Origin: a virus
Lineage: Duplodnaviria > Heunggongvirae > Uroviricota > Caudoviricetes
Length of the DNA: 62,020 bases
IMG/VR virus record: IMGVR_UViG_3300023082_000008
Location: 64,001 to 126,020 of that record
Reading direction: 5' to 3' (one strand)
Part shown: piece after piece, positions 16,120 to 25,759 of the stretch
Numbering within the stretch: the stretch's first letter is position 1
Layout: each line of letters opens with the position of its first letter
Made by a program: the position numbers and the translations under genes
The notes under the pieces: model-generated
Told to the model about the DNA's origin: nothing
What the model saw: the letters and a program-made list of their open reading frames with translations, nothing else
Databases searched by the model: none

Positions 16120-16634
16120 TGGGTTGTCTTACAAGCGCGCGCTACACGATGCTGGCAGACGTGCTACGACAGGGTGCCGGCTCAGATGTTCCTGTAAATC
16201 TTTCAGATCAGGGAACATGGGTTTCAAGCCAGGACCCAATTACACTTGAGATTGTTCGCAAGTGGGTTCCAGTAACCGATGACAGCAATCCGGGCAAGCC
16301 ACTGGTATGGTCGATTCCTTGTCAAGTAAATGGAATCATTGATGGTGGTATCCGTGTGGCTGGTACAACCGAGCGCTTTGAAAAAGAATACCAAAACATC
16401 GACTATGTTCGCATGCTGTTTGGGCCCGGAGAGGTTCTGACCAAGCGTGACCGTATTACCAACATACGCAATCGCCGTACAGGACAGATCATTTGGAAGG
16501 ATGAGGAAGTCGGATTTGACGGTACAGGAGACTACCGTGCAACGGTATTCAACGTCAACGGCGTAACTCCAATTGCAAACTACAAGGGTCGTCACATTGA
16601 AAATTTTGCCAACTTGGAGCGTGCAGACGGATGA
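16119..16634 (+). CDS. head-to-tail stopper-like protein
   Basis: Position. LTKRDRITNIRN motif. One-base overlap with the upstream gene. Confidence 0.6.
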   Translation: MGCLTSARYTMLADVLRQGAGSDVPVNLSDQGTWVSSQDPITLEIVRKWVPVTDDSNPGKPLVWSIPCQVNGIIDGGIRVAGTTERFEKEYQNIDYVRMLFGPGEVLTKRDRITNIRNRRTGQIIWKDEEVGFDGTGDYRATVFNVNGVTPIANYKGRHIENFANLERADG

Positions 16635-17464
16635 GTCGACAGGGTCTGAGTGCAGACTTCGCGCCGGTAGCAGATGCTCTTGGTAGAGTAGAGGGAATCA
16701 CAGGGTACCTTAAAACTAATCAGCATATCTCTAAGGCTGTTCGTACACTGGCTACTGCCGCAGCAAATGACGTAGGAACTATGATGGACGAGCAGACTCG
16801 CGCAATGGGATACGCCTACGCACCGTTAAGTCACGTTTACGAGTACCAGGCGTTCCGTACGGGGGACATGAAAAACAATCGGCTCTTCCGGTTCAATGTA
16901 AATACTGGAGGCTCTAGAAACGCTGTTGTGTCATTCATGTTCAGAGATTCCCGCTTCCCTATCGCCACGCCCCGTGAAAATGTAGAGCAAGGACTCATCA
17001 GTCTACGTCAAGAGTCTATTGATGCCTTTGAGGCAGCAGGAGACAAGCGCTACATCTTTCGTACTCAGGCAGCATCTTTTGAGTACGGAGCGGATGTAAC
17101 TGTTCGATCACAGGATGGAGCCAATGGATGGCTGGCGGTTCCTCAAAAGTTCAACCCCCGCCCAAGATTTTTTCAAGGATCGTACGAGCGTGATTTGGCA
17201 AATGAATATAACGGAATTCACTTTGGTGCCTTTACAGATACATGGATTCAATTGAACAGCACGGTAAATAAGAGCAATCTAGAAAAATTGGACGCCGGTA
17301 TCGGTAAGATTATGAAACAAAACACAGCCCGAAGTGGGAAGGTTTCTAAAAAGGGATTTTCAATTGCTTTTAGGGCAGCAGAAAAGCAGGGTATGGATTT
17401 TGCGAAGAGACAAACTGACAGAATGTACTCAGACGTGATACAAGACAAGGGAGGGCTACTATGA
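16631..17464 (+). CDS. neck/tail-completion region protein
   Basis: Overlap-coupled ORF between the stopper-like and tail-terminator-like genes. Confidence 0.6.
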   Translation: MSRQGLSADFAPVADALGRVEGITGYLKTNQHISKAVRTLATAAANDVGTMMDEQTRAMGYAYAPLSHVYEYQAFRTGDMKNNRLFRFNVNTGGSRNAVVSFMFRDSRFPIATPRENVEQGLISLRQESIDAFEAAGDKRYIFRTQAASFEYGADVTVRSQDGANGWLAVPQKFNPRPRFFQGSYERDLANEYNGIHFGAFTDTWIQLNSTVNKSNLEKLDAGIGKIMKQNTARSGKVSKKGFSIAFRAAEKQGMDFAKRQTDRMYSDVIQDKGGLL

Positions 17465-17952
17465 GCGCATCGGATTCTGTAATTGATTACGCATGGAACA
17501 TTTTGCGTCAAGAAAATGGTTGGACAAAAATTAATGGTAAGATTCCTGGGTTGCCAACTAATGAGCAGCCCGAGTTTGATTCCCAAAAGTCCCCGTACTT
17601 TTTGTATGCAGATAGCCGTGAGACTGGACGTGGCGACCTATCACCACTTCGTCTTGGTACGATCAGTTTCCTTATTTTTGGTGATGGAACAGGCGTTGTG
17701 GATAAGGCACTTGATACTTTAGAGGCCGCATTTGATCGCCGCGACGAGTCGGCCCAAGACATTAACCGCAGTGCCTATAATCCATCCAATCCACGTAGAG
17801 TGGCATTCCTAGACACACACCTGACTTGGACTCAGGTAACAAATACTTTGTCGGCGAAACCTGCTGACACCGAGGGCGGTAAGGCTCAGGGACTAATTGT
17901 TGTACGCTATCAGTTTACAGTGACAGAGCGTCCTTACACCGTTTCGTTTTAA
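17461..17952 (+). CDS. tail terminator-like protein
   Basis: Position immediately before the major tail gene. RRDESAQDIN motif and C-terminal beta-strand pattern. Confidence 0.55.
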   Translation: MSASDSVIDYAWNILRQENGWTKINGKIPGLPTNEQPEFDSQKSPYFLYADSRETGRGDLSPLRLGTISFLIFGDGTGVVDKALDTLEAAFDRRDESAQDINRSAYNPSNPRRVAFLDTHLTWTQVTNTLSAKPADTEGGKAQGLIVVRYQFTVTERPYTVSF

Positions 17953-18023
17953 GAAGCAAGTCACGCTACAATAGAGTCTAGAGAGCGTTCGAACAAAATA
18001 CCCATTGCCGGAGGTGAAAAAAT

Positions 18024-18650
18024 ATGGCAGATAAGTTGAACATTATTGTCGGTGCAGCACAGTTCTGGATCGGCACAGCAGCAGCAACGAAGCCAGCCTT
18101 TGTGCTAGCAACTAACTACAACACTACGCTAAATGCAGCGGCAGGTTGGACAAACGTTGGCTACACTCAGGAAGGCGTCGAAATTCAGTACTCACCAGAG
18201 TTTGGTGAGGTATCCGTTGATCAGTTGATGGATGCAGCCAAGATGCACAAGACGGGTCAGACCCTTATGATTAACACCACATTTGCAGAGGCAACTCTTG
18301 AAAACCTACTCGTAGTTTGGGGTCAGGCAACCAACACTCTAACGAGTTCTGGTACCGGCGACAACGCGGTAAAGGACTTGATCTTTGTGGGTGGTGAACT
18401 GGGAACGGCTCCTATTGAGCGTCAGATCATCGCAGTCGGCAATGGAACAGAGAAGTCTGGTGCAGGTTACTACAATGAGCGTACGTACCACGCGACTCGC
18501 GCATTGAGCATTGAGCAGTCTTCACACGCTCTACGCAAGACCGAGGCTACCGTTCTACCAGTATCGTTCCGTCTACTTCCGAATGATGCGGGTCAGGGTA
18601 ACCCCTACGGTTCAATCCACGATCGTGTCCGCACGAACGTCTGGGCTTGA
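18024..18650 (+). CDS. major tail (tube) protein
   Basis: NIIVGAA, VGYTQEGVEIQYSPEFGEVSVDQLMDAAK, TVLPVSFRLLP. SD GGAGGTGA. Terminator downstream. Confidence 0.88.
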   Translation: MADKLNIIVGAAQFWIGTAAATKPAFVLATNYNTTLNAAAGWTNVGYTQEGVEIQYSPEFGEVSVDQLMDAAKMHKTGQTLMINTTFAEATLENLLVVWGQATNTLTSSGTGDNAVKDLIFVGGELGTAPIERQIIAVGNGTEKSGAGYYNERTYHATRALSIEQSSHALRKTEATVLPVSFRLLPNDAGQGNPYGSIHDRVRTNVWA

Positions 18651-18675
18651 TCCTAGCATAACAGAATCATCCGGC

Positions 18676-18702
18676 AAAGCCGCCTCCTCAGGAGGCGGCT
18701 TT
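18676..18702 (+). terminator. intrinsic terminator
   Basis: AAAGCCGCCTCC-TCA-GGAGGCGGCTTT. Confidence 0.88.
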
Positions 18703-18752
18703 GTTGTATGTAAAAGACATACCATGTTAGAATTAGAACAACACAGAAGGAA

Positions 18753-19193
18753 GTGAGAACAATCGCAAACAGAGTTTATACTCAGGAGGATATTATCCTC
18801 AATAATGAAGTAGATGACGTAACCGTTACGCTTCGTCCATTACCTATTGCACGTCTACGTGAATTTATGGGGCAATGGGAAAAGATGCAAGAGGTTGATA
18901 AAAAGGGTGAAGATGCGACAGAAGAAGAAATTTTTGCCGTTTATGTCAATTGCTGCGCGGTAGCGTTACGTAAGCAGTTATCAGATAAAGTCGGAGGACG
19001 AATCTATGATGACAAGCATGATTTTACCGCAGAATATATTGAACTTTTAGAAGACTATTTGGATTTGCAGTCAGTCATTAAGATTCTTGACATCTGCGGC
19101 GGTGTTAAGTTGGGAAACCCAAAATTGATGGAGACCCTGGACTCAATTCTGGAAGCGGAGACGGAAAGTCTGCCGGAGGATGGGACGAACTAG
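18753..19193 (+). CDS. tail assembly chaperone (G)
   Basis: Between major tail and tape measure genes. Contains the slippery heptamer. True start may be ATC 18762. Confidence 0.85.
   Translation: MRTIANRVYTQEDIILNNEVDDVTVTLRPLPIARLREFMGQWEKMQEVDKKGEDATEEEIFAVYVNCCAVALRKQLSDKVGGRIYDDKHDFTAEYIELLEDYLDLQSVIKILDICGGVKLGNPKLMETLDSILEAETESLPEDGTN
19112..19118 (+). promoter_or_regulatory. programmed -1 ribosomal frameshift site G GGA AAC
   Basis: X XXY YYZ heptamer in the G frame. The -1 frame is open from here through 19498. Confidence 0.85.
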
Positions 19194-19498
19194 ACATTGT
19201 GGCCCTTGAGCGTGAAGTGATGCTAACCGGTATGTTCAAAAATTTTGAAGAACTGGAAGAATCACTCACGGTCGAGGAACTACTTGAACTAGTAAAAGGT
19301 AGATCAGATGAAGAGTATAGAGGATTCAGATTTGCTGCATCATTAAAGGGCATTGACTTAGATGAAGAACACCGCAAGGAACAGGGTTCGTCATTTGATC
19401 AAATCAAAGCCCGAGCAGAAGCAAGACTAGCAGGAAAAAGCGAAGAAGAAATGTCGCTTGAAACGATGGGAATTTCCATCACTAAAATTGAGGAGTGA
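19112..19498 (+). CDS. tail assembly chaperone frameshift extension (T part of G-T)
   Basis: The -1 frame reads GKPKIDGDPGLNSGSGDGKSAGGWDELDIVALEREVMLTGMFKNFEELEESL... without a stop. Confidence 0.8.
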   Translation, partial: GKPKIDGDPGLNSGSGDGKSAGGWDELDIVALEREVMLTGMFKNFEELEESLTVEELLELVKGRSDEEYRGFRFAASLKGIDLDEEHRKEQGSSFDQIKARAEARLAGKSEEEMSLETMGISITKIEE

Positions 19499-19504
19499 AT
19501 TTGA

Positions 19505-22500
19505 ATTACTAACATTGACCTACGCTTTAGCGGTTATGCTGACTTTCGTCAGGTACACCGCGAAGTAACGAAATTGGAAGCGGAAGTTGCAGGCTTAAAT
19601 AAGCAACTACAGTCGCAAGCATTTACCAATACAGCCCGCACACAGGCAGCCCAGTTTGCTGAAACACGCAAGCAGGCAAATCTTATGCAGCGTACATGGT
19701 CCGATGCAGCGGCATCAACTGGTATGTTTGACGTTTCCAGTCGAAAAATTCGTTCTCACACGGACGAATGGGTCAAGAACGTACAGCGCCAGCGCCTTTC
19801 ACTCCGAGACCTGATGTCTGATATGGGCTCATACAAGGCTGCTAGAAATGAGCAAATGCGTATGCAGCAGATGTCAATTGCATCTTTTGCGTCTGATAAA
19901 AACGGTAATCCATTAGCGTCTATTGCTATTCCACGTACTGCTCTTCGAGACACAATGTCTCTTCGTCAAGAACTAGGGTTTGCTGCACATGCTGCGGAGT
20001 CCATCGGTGTGCAAATGATCAACTCCGGAAAGAACATGCAGTGGGCCGGTAGACAATTGAGTATGGGATTTACAGCCCCACTTCTAGCAGCAGGTGCGCT
20101 ATCTGCGAAGTTTGCTTTAGATGTAGATAAGCAACTTGTTAACGTTCAGAAGGTTTATGACACTTACGCACAAACGCAGGCTGGACAGGAGAAGGAACTT
20201 GTTAAACTACGTCAAGACTCCCTGAGCCTTGCTAAGCAAACAGCCAAGGAATACGGTATGGCTGCGACCGATACTATCAGCATTATGAGCCAGTTGGCCT
20301 CTGCCGGACAGCGTGGAGATGCGCTACAAAAGAACACTAAAGAAACAGCACGTTTTGCAACACTTGGTGATTTTGACTCTGATAGCGCTGTTAACGCTAC
20401 CCGTACGCTTAAGGCAGTATTTGGTATTCAAAACGAAGAACTAGCCAAGTCCGTTGATTTCATGAACAACATTGAAAACTCAACTTCTCTCACCATGTCT
20501 GACATGGCCGAGGCTATTCCTACTGCATCAGCAGCCGTAAAGAATCTAAATGGTTCATACAAGGACATGCTTATTCTTTTGACTGCCATGAAGGAGCGTG
20601 GATTTGATCCTGGTGAGTCTGCAAACGCCCTCAAGGCCGCAGGTACTCGTTTGATTCGTCCATCCGGCAAAGTACAAGAAGAATTCCAATCTTTGACGGG
20701 TCAATCAATTACAGAAATACGTGACCGTAATCAGGGCGATTTGATTAAGACTTTGCTAGACGTAGGTAAGGCAACTGAAAATCTAGGAACTGCGCAGAAG
20801 CAGCAGGCAAGAGCAGCATTGTTCGGAACTGAACAGGCAGCCCGTCTGGGCGGTGCAATGGATGGTTTGATTGCAGCACAATCAGGAGTTGGTGAAACTG
20901 CAAAGGCAATGGAAGTTGCGCAAATGTCTGCCGCAGAGAATGCTGCAATTGCTGAGAAGGAAATGCGTCGTCAAACAGAGTCACTTTCGGGCAAGTGGAA
21001 GCGCGCGGTAGAAACCATTAAGGTACAACTACAGGGAATGGGAGAAGCCTTCATCGGTGCGGGAACGACTGTACTGACGGTTCTATCTACCCTGATTGAT
21101 ATGTTTGGTAGCCTACCAGAAGGAGCCAAGAAAAGTCTCGTATTTGTAGCCCTTCTTGCCGCCGCTGCTGGTCCCTTGCTTATGCTCATCGGTCTATCTC
21201 GAAATCTTGGTGGACAAGTAATTAAGTTGGCCGCTATGATGGTTCAGGGTGCCACCCGATTCAAACTGATGACAACTGAGCAGACAGTTGCAGCCAAGGC
21301 TGCCGAATGGTCCACACAAGTATTGAAGAAGGAAGGCGACACGGTCCAGATTTTGACACAACAGTTGACTGGATTGAGCAACGCATTCCGCGAAGCAGCA
21401 ACCGCTCAGGGACTCTTGAAGCCAACGACAACCCCAGTTGCTACAGGTCCAGTCGGTAAGAACGGACGACCACTTGCTGGCGCAGCATTAGCATCACATA
21501 ATGCACGTCTAGAGCGCGATCAGTATGGCACAAATAACCGCACTGAGATTATGGGAATGCAGTCCCGTGAACCCGGTGGCGTGAACAACCCAGAACGTTT
21601 GGCAGCAGCCGCTGATGAAGAACGCGCCTTGAAGTCAGCCCGAATTCGAAGCGCTGTAAACAAGGCGTCAGGCGCAGCCGGTATCGCTGCAATGGCCACA
21701 ATGATGACAACCTCTAACGGTGTAGCAAACAACATCGCTAAGTGGGGAATGCTTGCGGCTCTAGTTGTTCCAGCAATGGCAGGACTGCCTGGACTCATTA
21801 AACAGGGCGCTACTCGAATGGGTGCAATCGGTGTTCTGTCTCGTGCTGCCATGAACCCATGGACTGCTGGTGTGGCTGTAGTCGGAGTAGGTTTGTACGC
21901 ATGGTACAAGCATATGAAAAAGGCTCGTCAGGAAATGGACGATATCTACAACAATTCTGACAAATTGGCAAAGATTCTAGGTGCAGACCCACAGAAGAAG
22001 GCTGGCCCTGGAGCCGGTATTGGGAATGAACTTTCCGAAGCCCAGAAAGAGCAGGTTAAACTTAACAAGGAAACCGAAAAGGCCGCTAATTTGGCAGACA
22101 AGTTAGAAAAGGCATATCCAAAGGTTGTTGAGCGAATCAAGGAAGCAAGTACTCCACAGGACAAGTACAATGAGGCTCTACGTCAGGGTCTCAAGGTAAT
22201 CACTGACTTGGGTCTAAAGGGAGATGAAGCACAAAAGGTCGTTAAGGGTTTCCTAGACGCTGCCGACAAGGCTGCCTCTGAGCCCATTATGCTAAGATAC
22301 GGAATCAACCTAGATGATGGAAAAGAAGTAGAAAAGGCTCTTAAGGATCAGAATGCTCGCATTGCTAATGAGTTGAAGATGGACCTAGACTCATTGCCTG
22401 AGCGCCGCAGAAATGCAGCCAGCAATGATGTTATTGCTCCTATTCCAAAGATCACCGACGAGGACAAGTCTAAGTTGAAAGCAATTGGAAAGAACATGGG

Positions 22501-25351
22501 AGCCATTTTGTATTCAAACATGGCAACAGAAGGTCAGGCCGGTATTGAAGTATTTGCTGGTCAAGAAAAGCAGTGGAAGAGTCTACAAGCCTCAATTGGT
22601 GACAACGAGGGTCTTCGTGAGTCTGCTATTCGATCAATGCTTAAGGGATACAACGTTACCGGCAAGGCTGCGGATCAAGCCATCGAAAAATTGAAAGATC
22701 AAAATGATGGACTCAAAGAAAGCGTTACACTTTACAACGCTCTTGAGGCTGCTGGCGTTAAGGCAAATGTGGCAGTTACTGCAAAGACTGAACTTGGAGT
22801 CAAGAATTATACCACTGATCAACAGGGCAAGATGCAGTCTCTTTACAACGATACCTTCATCAAGACTCAAGGTGATAATATTCAAAAGCAGGCTGCTGCT
22901 GTGGCAGCGGTACGCAAGGAAGTTGAAAAGGCCAATGGTGGATCGCTCAAATTCAAGAATATTTGGGGTCAAACTGCTAGCACGCTATCAAACGGCGTAA
23001 GCATTATGAACGCCCTGGGGGTTTCTGTTGCAAACTCTGCTGCTATGATGAGCAAACTCAAGAGTGCTGCTTCTGGTATTCAGTCGGGTGCTGTCGCAGA
23101 CGCAAATAGCGCTTTCCAGACTGGAACATCTGATTCAATGGCTGCTGGTCACACCGCCGCCCTGGAGGGCATCGAGAAGGCCGGAGAGGCGTCTTCTGAG
23201 GCCTTTGAAAAGAAGTCTCAGGCATTGTCCGATCGACAGGCTGCACGCTCTCAGGCGCTAGAAGATAAGCAGGCAAAGCGTGCCGCTACCCTTGAGCGCG
23301 CCCAAGATCGTGTACAGAAGAAGTTTGAAGATCGCTGGACCAAGCGCAAGAAGATTCTAGAAGACGAAGAAGCAGCCCGTCAAAAGGCATTCGATGCTGA
23401 AAAGACTCGAATCGAACGAATGAAGGAACTCAACAATGACAAGGTTGACCTCAAGGTTGCACTTGATACTGGTCAACTAGATCAGGCTGCAAAGATTCAA
23501 GGAGAAATGACTGCAAAGCAGCAGACATGGGCTCTTGAAGATTCACAATCAGCGACCGGCGATCAGTTTACAGCAGCCAAGGAAGCCCTCGACGCCCAAG
23601 AAGCCAAGGAAAAAGACAAGTTGGATCGTACGCTCAAGATTCAGCAAGAGGCTCTTGCAAAGCGCGAGCAGGCAGAAGACCGCGCTCTTGAAAAGCGTAA
23701 TCAAAATGAGCAAAGAGGGCTAGATGCTCAAAAGGCAGCGGCAGCGAAGTCTGTTGCAATCGCAACTGAGGCTGAAAACAAGAAGTATGCTGCTCAGAAG
23801 AAGGCGGTAGACGACGGTATTGCATGGATCATTTCTAAAAACCCACAAACACAAGCACAACTTGATGATCTTGTAACTAAGGCCCAAGATCGTTTTGGTA
23901 TTATGGGCAACTACCTACGAGAGAATGCAGACACATGGGGCAAGAATATGGTCGACTCCATGGCTAAGAGAACCCTTGAAGCGTACAAGGAAATTACGGG
24001 TGCAGACTTCGTAAACAGTGGAGAAAAGATTTCAGCAGACTTCATGAAGGGTATGACTGGTGGTCAGATTACAACTGCTCAATTGATTACTTACATGCAA
24101 ACAGGAAAGTTGCCAGCAGCAGCACAGCCAGGTGGTAACCAGGGAAGTCCAGACGCTAAGCGTAAGTCGGGCAAGAGTAATCCAGACGACGGACCAGCAC
24201 CAAAGGCCGGACGTCACAAGGGCGGTCCAGTTGGACCGGTGAATCTTAGTGATGGAGACCGCACTGGATATCCAGCCAATGCCGAAAAGTATCCAAGCGA
24301 GAAATGGATTCTAGCCAAGAATGACGAATATGTTATTAGTGGTAAGGCTCATCGTGAAATTGGAACATCTGCTCTTGATGCGATGAACGGTGGTAAGGGA
24401 GCCCTTGCACGTCCTCGCCCTGCTGCCAATGGGGGTTTGATGGGCGGACGACACAGTGGTGGTGGAGTTGGCGGTAAGAGCATTAGCGCCGGACTCACAG
24501 GAATTCCACAGGCAGCCATGGGTAGAACCACGGCGTATTCACTTATTACGGGAGCGTTGGACCTAGCCAATGCCAACATGAAGGCTAAGCAGGATGAAAT
24601 CAACGCGGCAGCGGCAGCGAAGGCTGCCGCCAAGACCGGTAAGGCTGGTCCCGGAGGCGGTACAGTAGGAGGTGCTCCGATGGGGGCCGTTGATCCAAAT
24701 GGCTGGAACCGACCATGGAAGAAGGCTTATGGCGTTCAGAGCGGACACGACTTCCCAGTTCCATCAAACACTCCAATCTATGCGCCTCATTCTGGTATTG
24801 CACGCGGACACGATATTCCTGGATTCGAGCCACGCCAGAGGTCTGGTGGAAACGGTTATAGATCATACGGTCGTATCATGGAAGTAACCGGTGGTGGAGC
24901 AAACATCATGTTTGCCCACATGAACTCGCGAGCATTTGACGGACCCAAGAAGGTTTCCGCTGGTGACTTCCTAGGTCTTTCAGGTGTAACGGGTAATTCC
25001 AGCGGTCCTCACGTTCACATGGAGTTGAATCATGGTGGAGATAATTCAGGAGTTGGTGGATTCTTTGCAGCGCGAGGAGTCAAGTTGAAAACGGGCGGAA
25101 CAATTCGCTATGACAATACACCTGCTGTACTGCACGCTGACGAAAGAGTACTTAAGGCAACCAATACTCAAAAGTTGGATGAGGGTATTGACAGAATTGC
25201 AACAGGTGACGTTGGCGGGTATACTATTAATCAGATGACAATTCAGGTTGATGGCACAAATATTGATCCAAAGGACATTCCAGCCCTCGCCAAGGAAATC
25301 AAAAAGGAGTTTGAGAAGGACGATTCACGCCATTCGCGTCGTCCAAAGTAA
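19505..25351 (+). CDS. tape measure protein with C-terminal M23 peptidase domain
   Basis: ~1950 aa Ala-rich helical protein with TP901-like core. M23 motifs HDFPVPSNTPIYAP, FAHM and GNSSGPHVHME. Frame is open from ATT 19505; the ORF track starts at TTG 19574. Confidence 0.92.
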   Translation: MTNIDLRFSGYADFRQVHREVTKLEAEVAGLNKQLQSQAFTNTARTQAAQFAETRKQANLMQRTWSDAAASTGMFDVSSRKIRSHTDEWVKNVQRQRLSLRDLMSDMGSYKAARNEQMRMQQMSIASFASDKNGNPLASIAIPRTALRDTMSLRQELGFAAHAAESIGVQMINSGKNMQWAGRQLSMGFTAPLLAAGALSAKFALDVDKQLVNVQKVYDTYAQTQAGQEKELVKLRQDSLSLAKQTAKEYGMAATDTISIMSQLASAGQRGDALQKNTKETARFATLGDFDSDSAVNATRTLKAVFGIQNEELAKSVDFMNNIENSTSLTMSDMAEAIPTASAAVKNLNGSYKDMLILLTAMKERGFDPGESANALKAAGTRLIRPSGKVQEEFQSLTGQSITEIRDRNQGDLIKTLLDVGKATENLGTAQKQQARAALFGTEQAARLGGAMDGLIAAQSGVGETAKAMEVAQMSAAENAAIAEKEMRRQTESLSGKWKRAVETIKVQLQGMGEAFIGAGTTVLTVLSTLIDMFGSLPEGAKKSLVFVALLAAAAGPLLMLIGLSRNLGGQVIKLAAMMVQGATRFKLMTTEQTVAAKAAEWSTQVLKKEGDTVQILTQQLTGLSNAFREAATAQGLLKPTTTPVATGPVGKNGRPLAGAALASHNARLERDQYGTNNRTEIMGMQSREPGGVNNPERLAAAADEERALKSARIRSAVNKASGAAGIAAMATMMTTSNGVANNIAKWGMLAALVVPAMAGLPGLIKQGATRMGAIGVLSRAAMNPWTAGVAVVGVGLYAWYKHMKKARQEMDDIYNNSDKLAKILGADPQKKAGPGAGIGNELSEAQKEQVKLNKETEKAANLADKLEKAYPKVVERIKEASTPQDKYNEALRQGLKVITDLGLKGDEAQKVVKGFLDAADKAASEPIMLRYGINLDDGKEVEKALKDQNARIANELKMDLDSLPERRRNAASNDVIAPIPKITDEDKSKLKAIGKNMGAILYSNMATEGQAGIEVFAGQEKQWKSLQASIGDNEGLRESAIRSMLKGYNVTGKAADQAIEKLKDQNDGLKESVTLYNALEAAGVKANVAVTAKTELGVKNYTTDQQGKMQSLYNDTFIKTQGDNIQKQAAAVAAVRKEVEKANGGSLKFKNIWGQTASTLSNGVSIMNALGVSVANSAAMMSKLKSAASGIQSGAVADANSAFQTGTSDSMAAGHTAALEGIEKAGEASSEAFEKKSQALSDRQAARSQALEDKQAKRAATLERAQDRVQKKFEDRWTKRKKILEDEEAARQKAFDAEKTRIERMKELNNDKVDLKVALDTGQLDQAAKIQGEMTAKQQTWALEDSQSATGDQFTAAKEALDAQEAKEKDKLDRTLKIQQEALAKREQAEDRALEKRNQNEQRGLDAQKAAAAKSVAIATEAENKKYAAQKKAVDDGIAWIISKNPQTQAQLDDLVTKAQDRFGIMGNYLRENADTWGKNMVDSMAKRTLEAYKEITGADFVNSGEKISADFMKGMTGGQITTAQLITYMQTGKLPAAAQPGGNQGSPDAKRKSGKSNPDDGPAPKAGRHKGGPVGPVNLSDGDRTGYPANAEKYPSEKWILAKNDEYVISGKAHREIGTSALDAMNGGKGALARPRPAANGGLMGGRHSGGGVGGKSISAGLTGIPQAAMGRTTAYSLITGALDLANANMKAKQDEINAAAAAKAAAKTGKAGPGGGTVGGAPMGAVDPNGWNRPWKKAYGVQSGHDFPVPSNTPIYAPHSGIARGHDIPGFEPRQRSGGNGYRSYGRIMEVTGGGANIMFAHMNSRAFDGPKKVSAGDFLGLSGVTGNSSGPHVHMELNHGGDNSGVGGFFAARGVKLKTGGTIRYDNTPAVLHADERVLKATNTQKLDEGIDRIATGDVGGYTINQMTIQVDGTNIDPKDIPALAKEIKKEFEKDDSRHSRRPK

Positions 25352-25357
25352 TCATAT

Positions 25358-25759
25358 ATGGGTAATTACAAAACCAATCAAATAATGTATTGGGGCACGA
25401 GTAAGGTTACTGACCACAACCGTGCCCCTCTGCAAGTTTCTTATGAGTTCATTGAGCGCAAGTCTCGCATGGCCAAAGGCACTCTTAGAAAGTACATTGT
25501 TGCGAAGAAACGCACATGGTCAACTTCATGGGATATGTTACCAACATATCTAGCGGAAGTAGTCGACGGCGGTATGACAGCAGCAGCGATGGAAACTTTT
25601 GTAAACAATAATCCTGGTGCATTTACTCTAACACTTAGAGATGGACAAGGTAACCAAGAAACGACCAAAGCAATGATTACAGACTTTTCCAAAGAAATTC
25701 AAATTCGTGGAACTATCAATGATTTTTGGTCTGTATCAGTAACACTAGAGGAGGTATAA
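25358..25759 (+). CDS. distal tail (Dit)-like minor tail protein
   Basis: Small beta-rich ORF directly after the tape measure, ending WSVSVTLEEV. Confidence 0.6.
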   Translation: MGNYKTNQIMYWGTSKVTDHNRAPLQVSYEFIERKSRMAKGTLRKYIVAKKRTWSTSWDMLPTYLAEVVDGGMTAAAMETFVNNNPGAFTLTLRDGQGNQETTKAMITDFSKEIQIRGTINDFWSVSVTLEEV

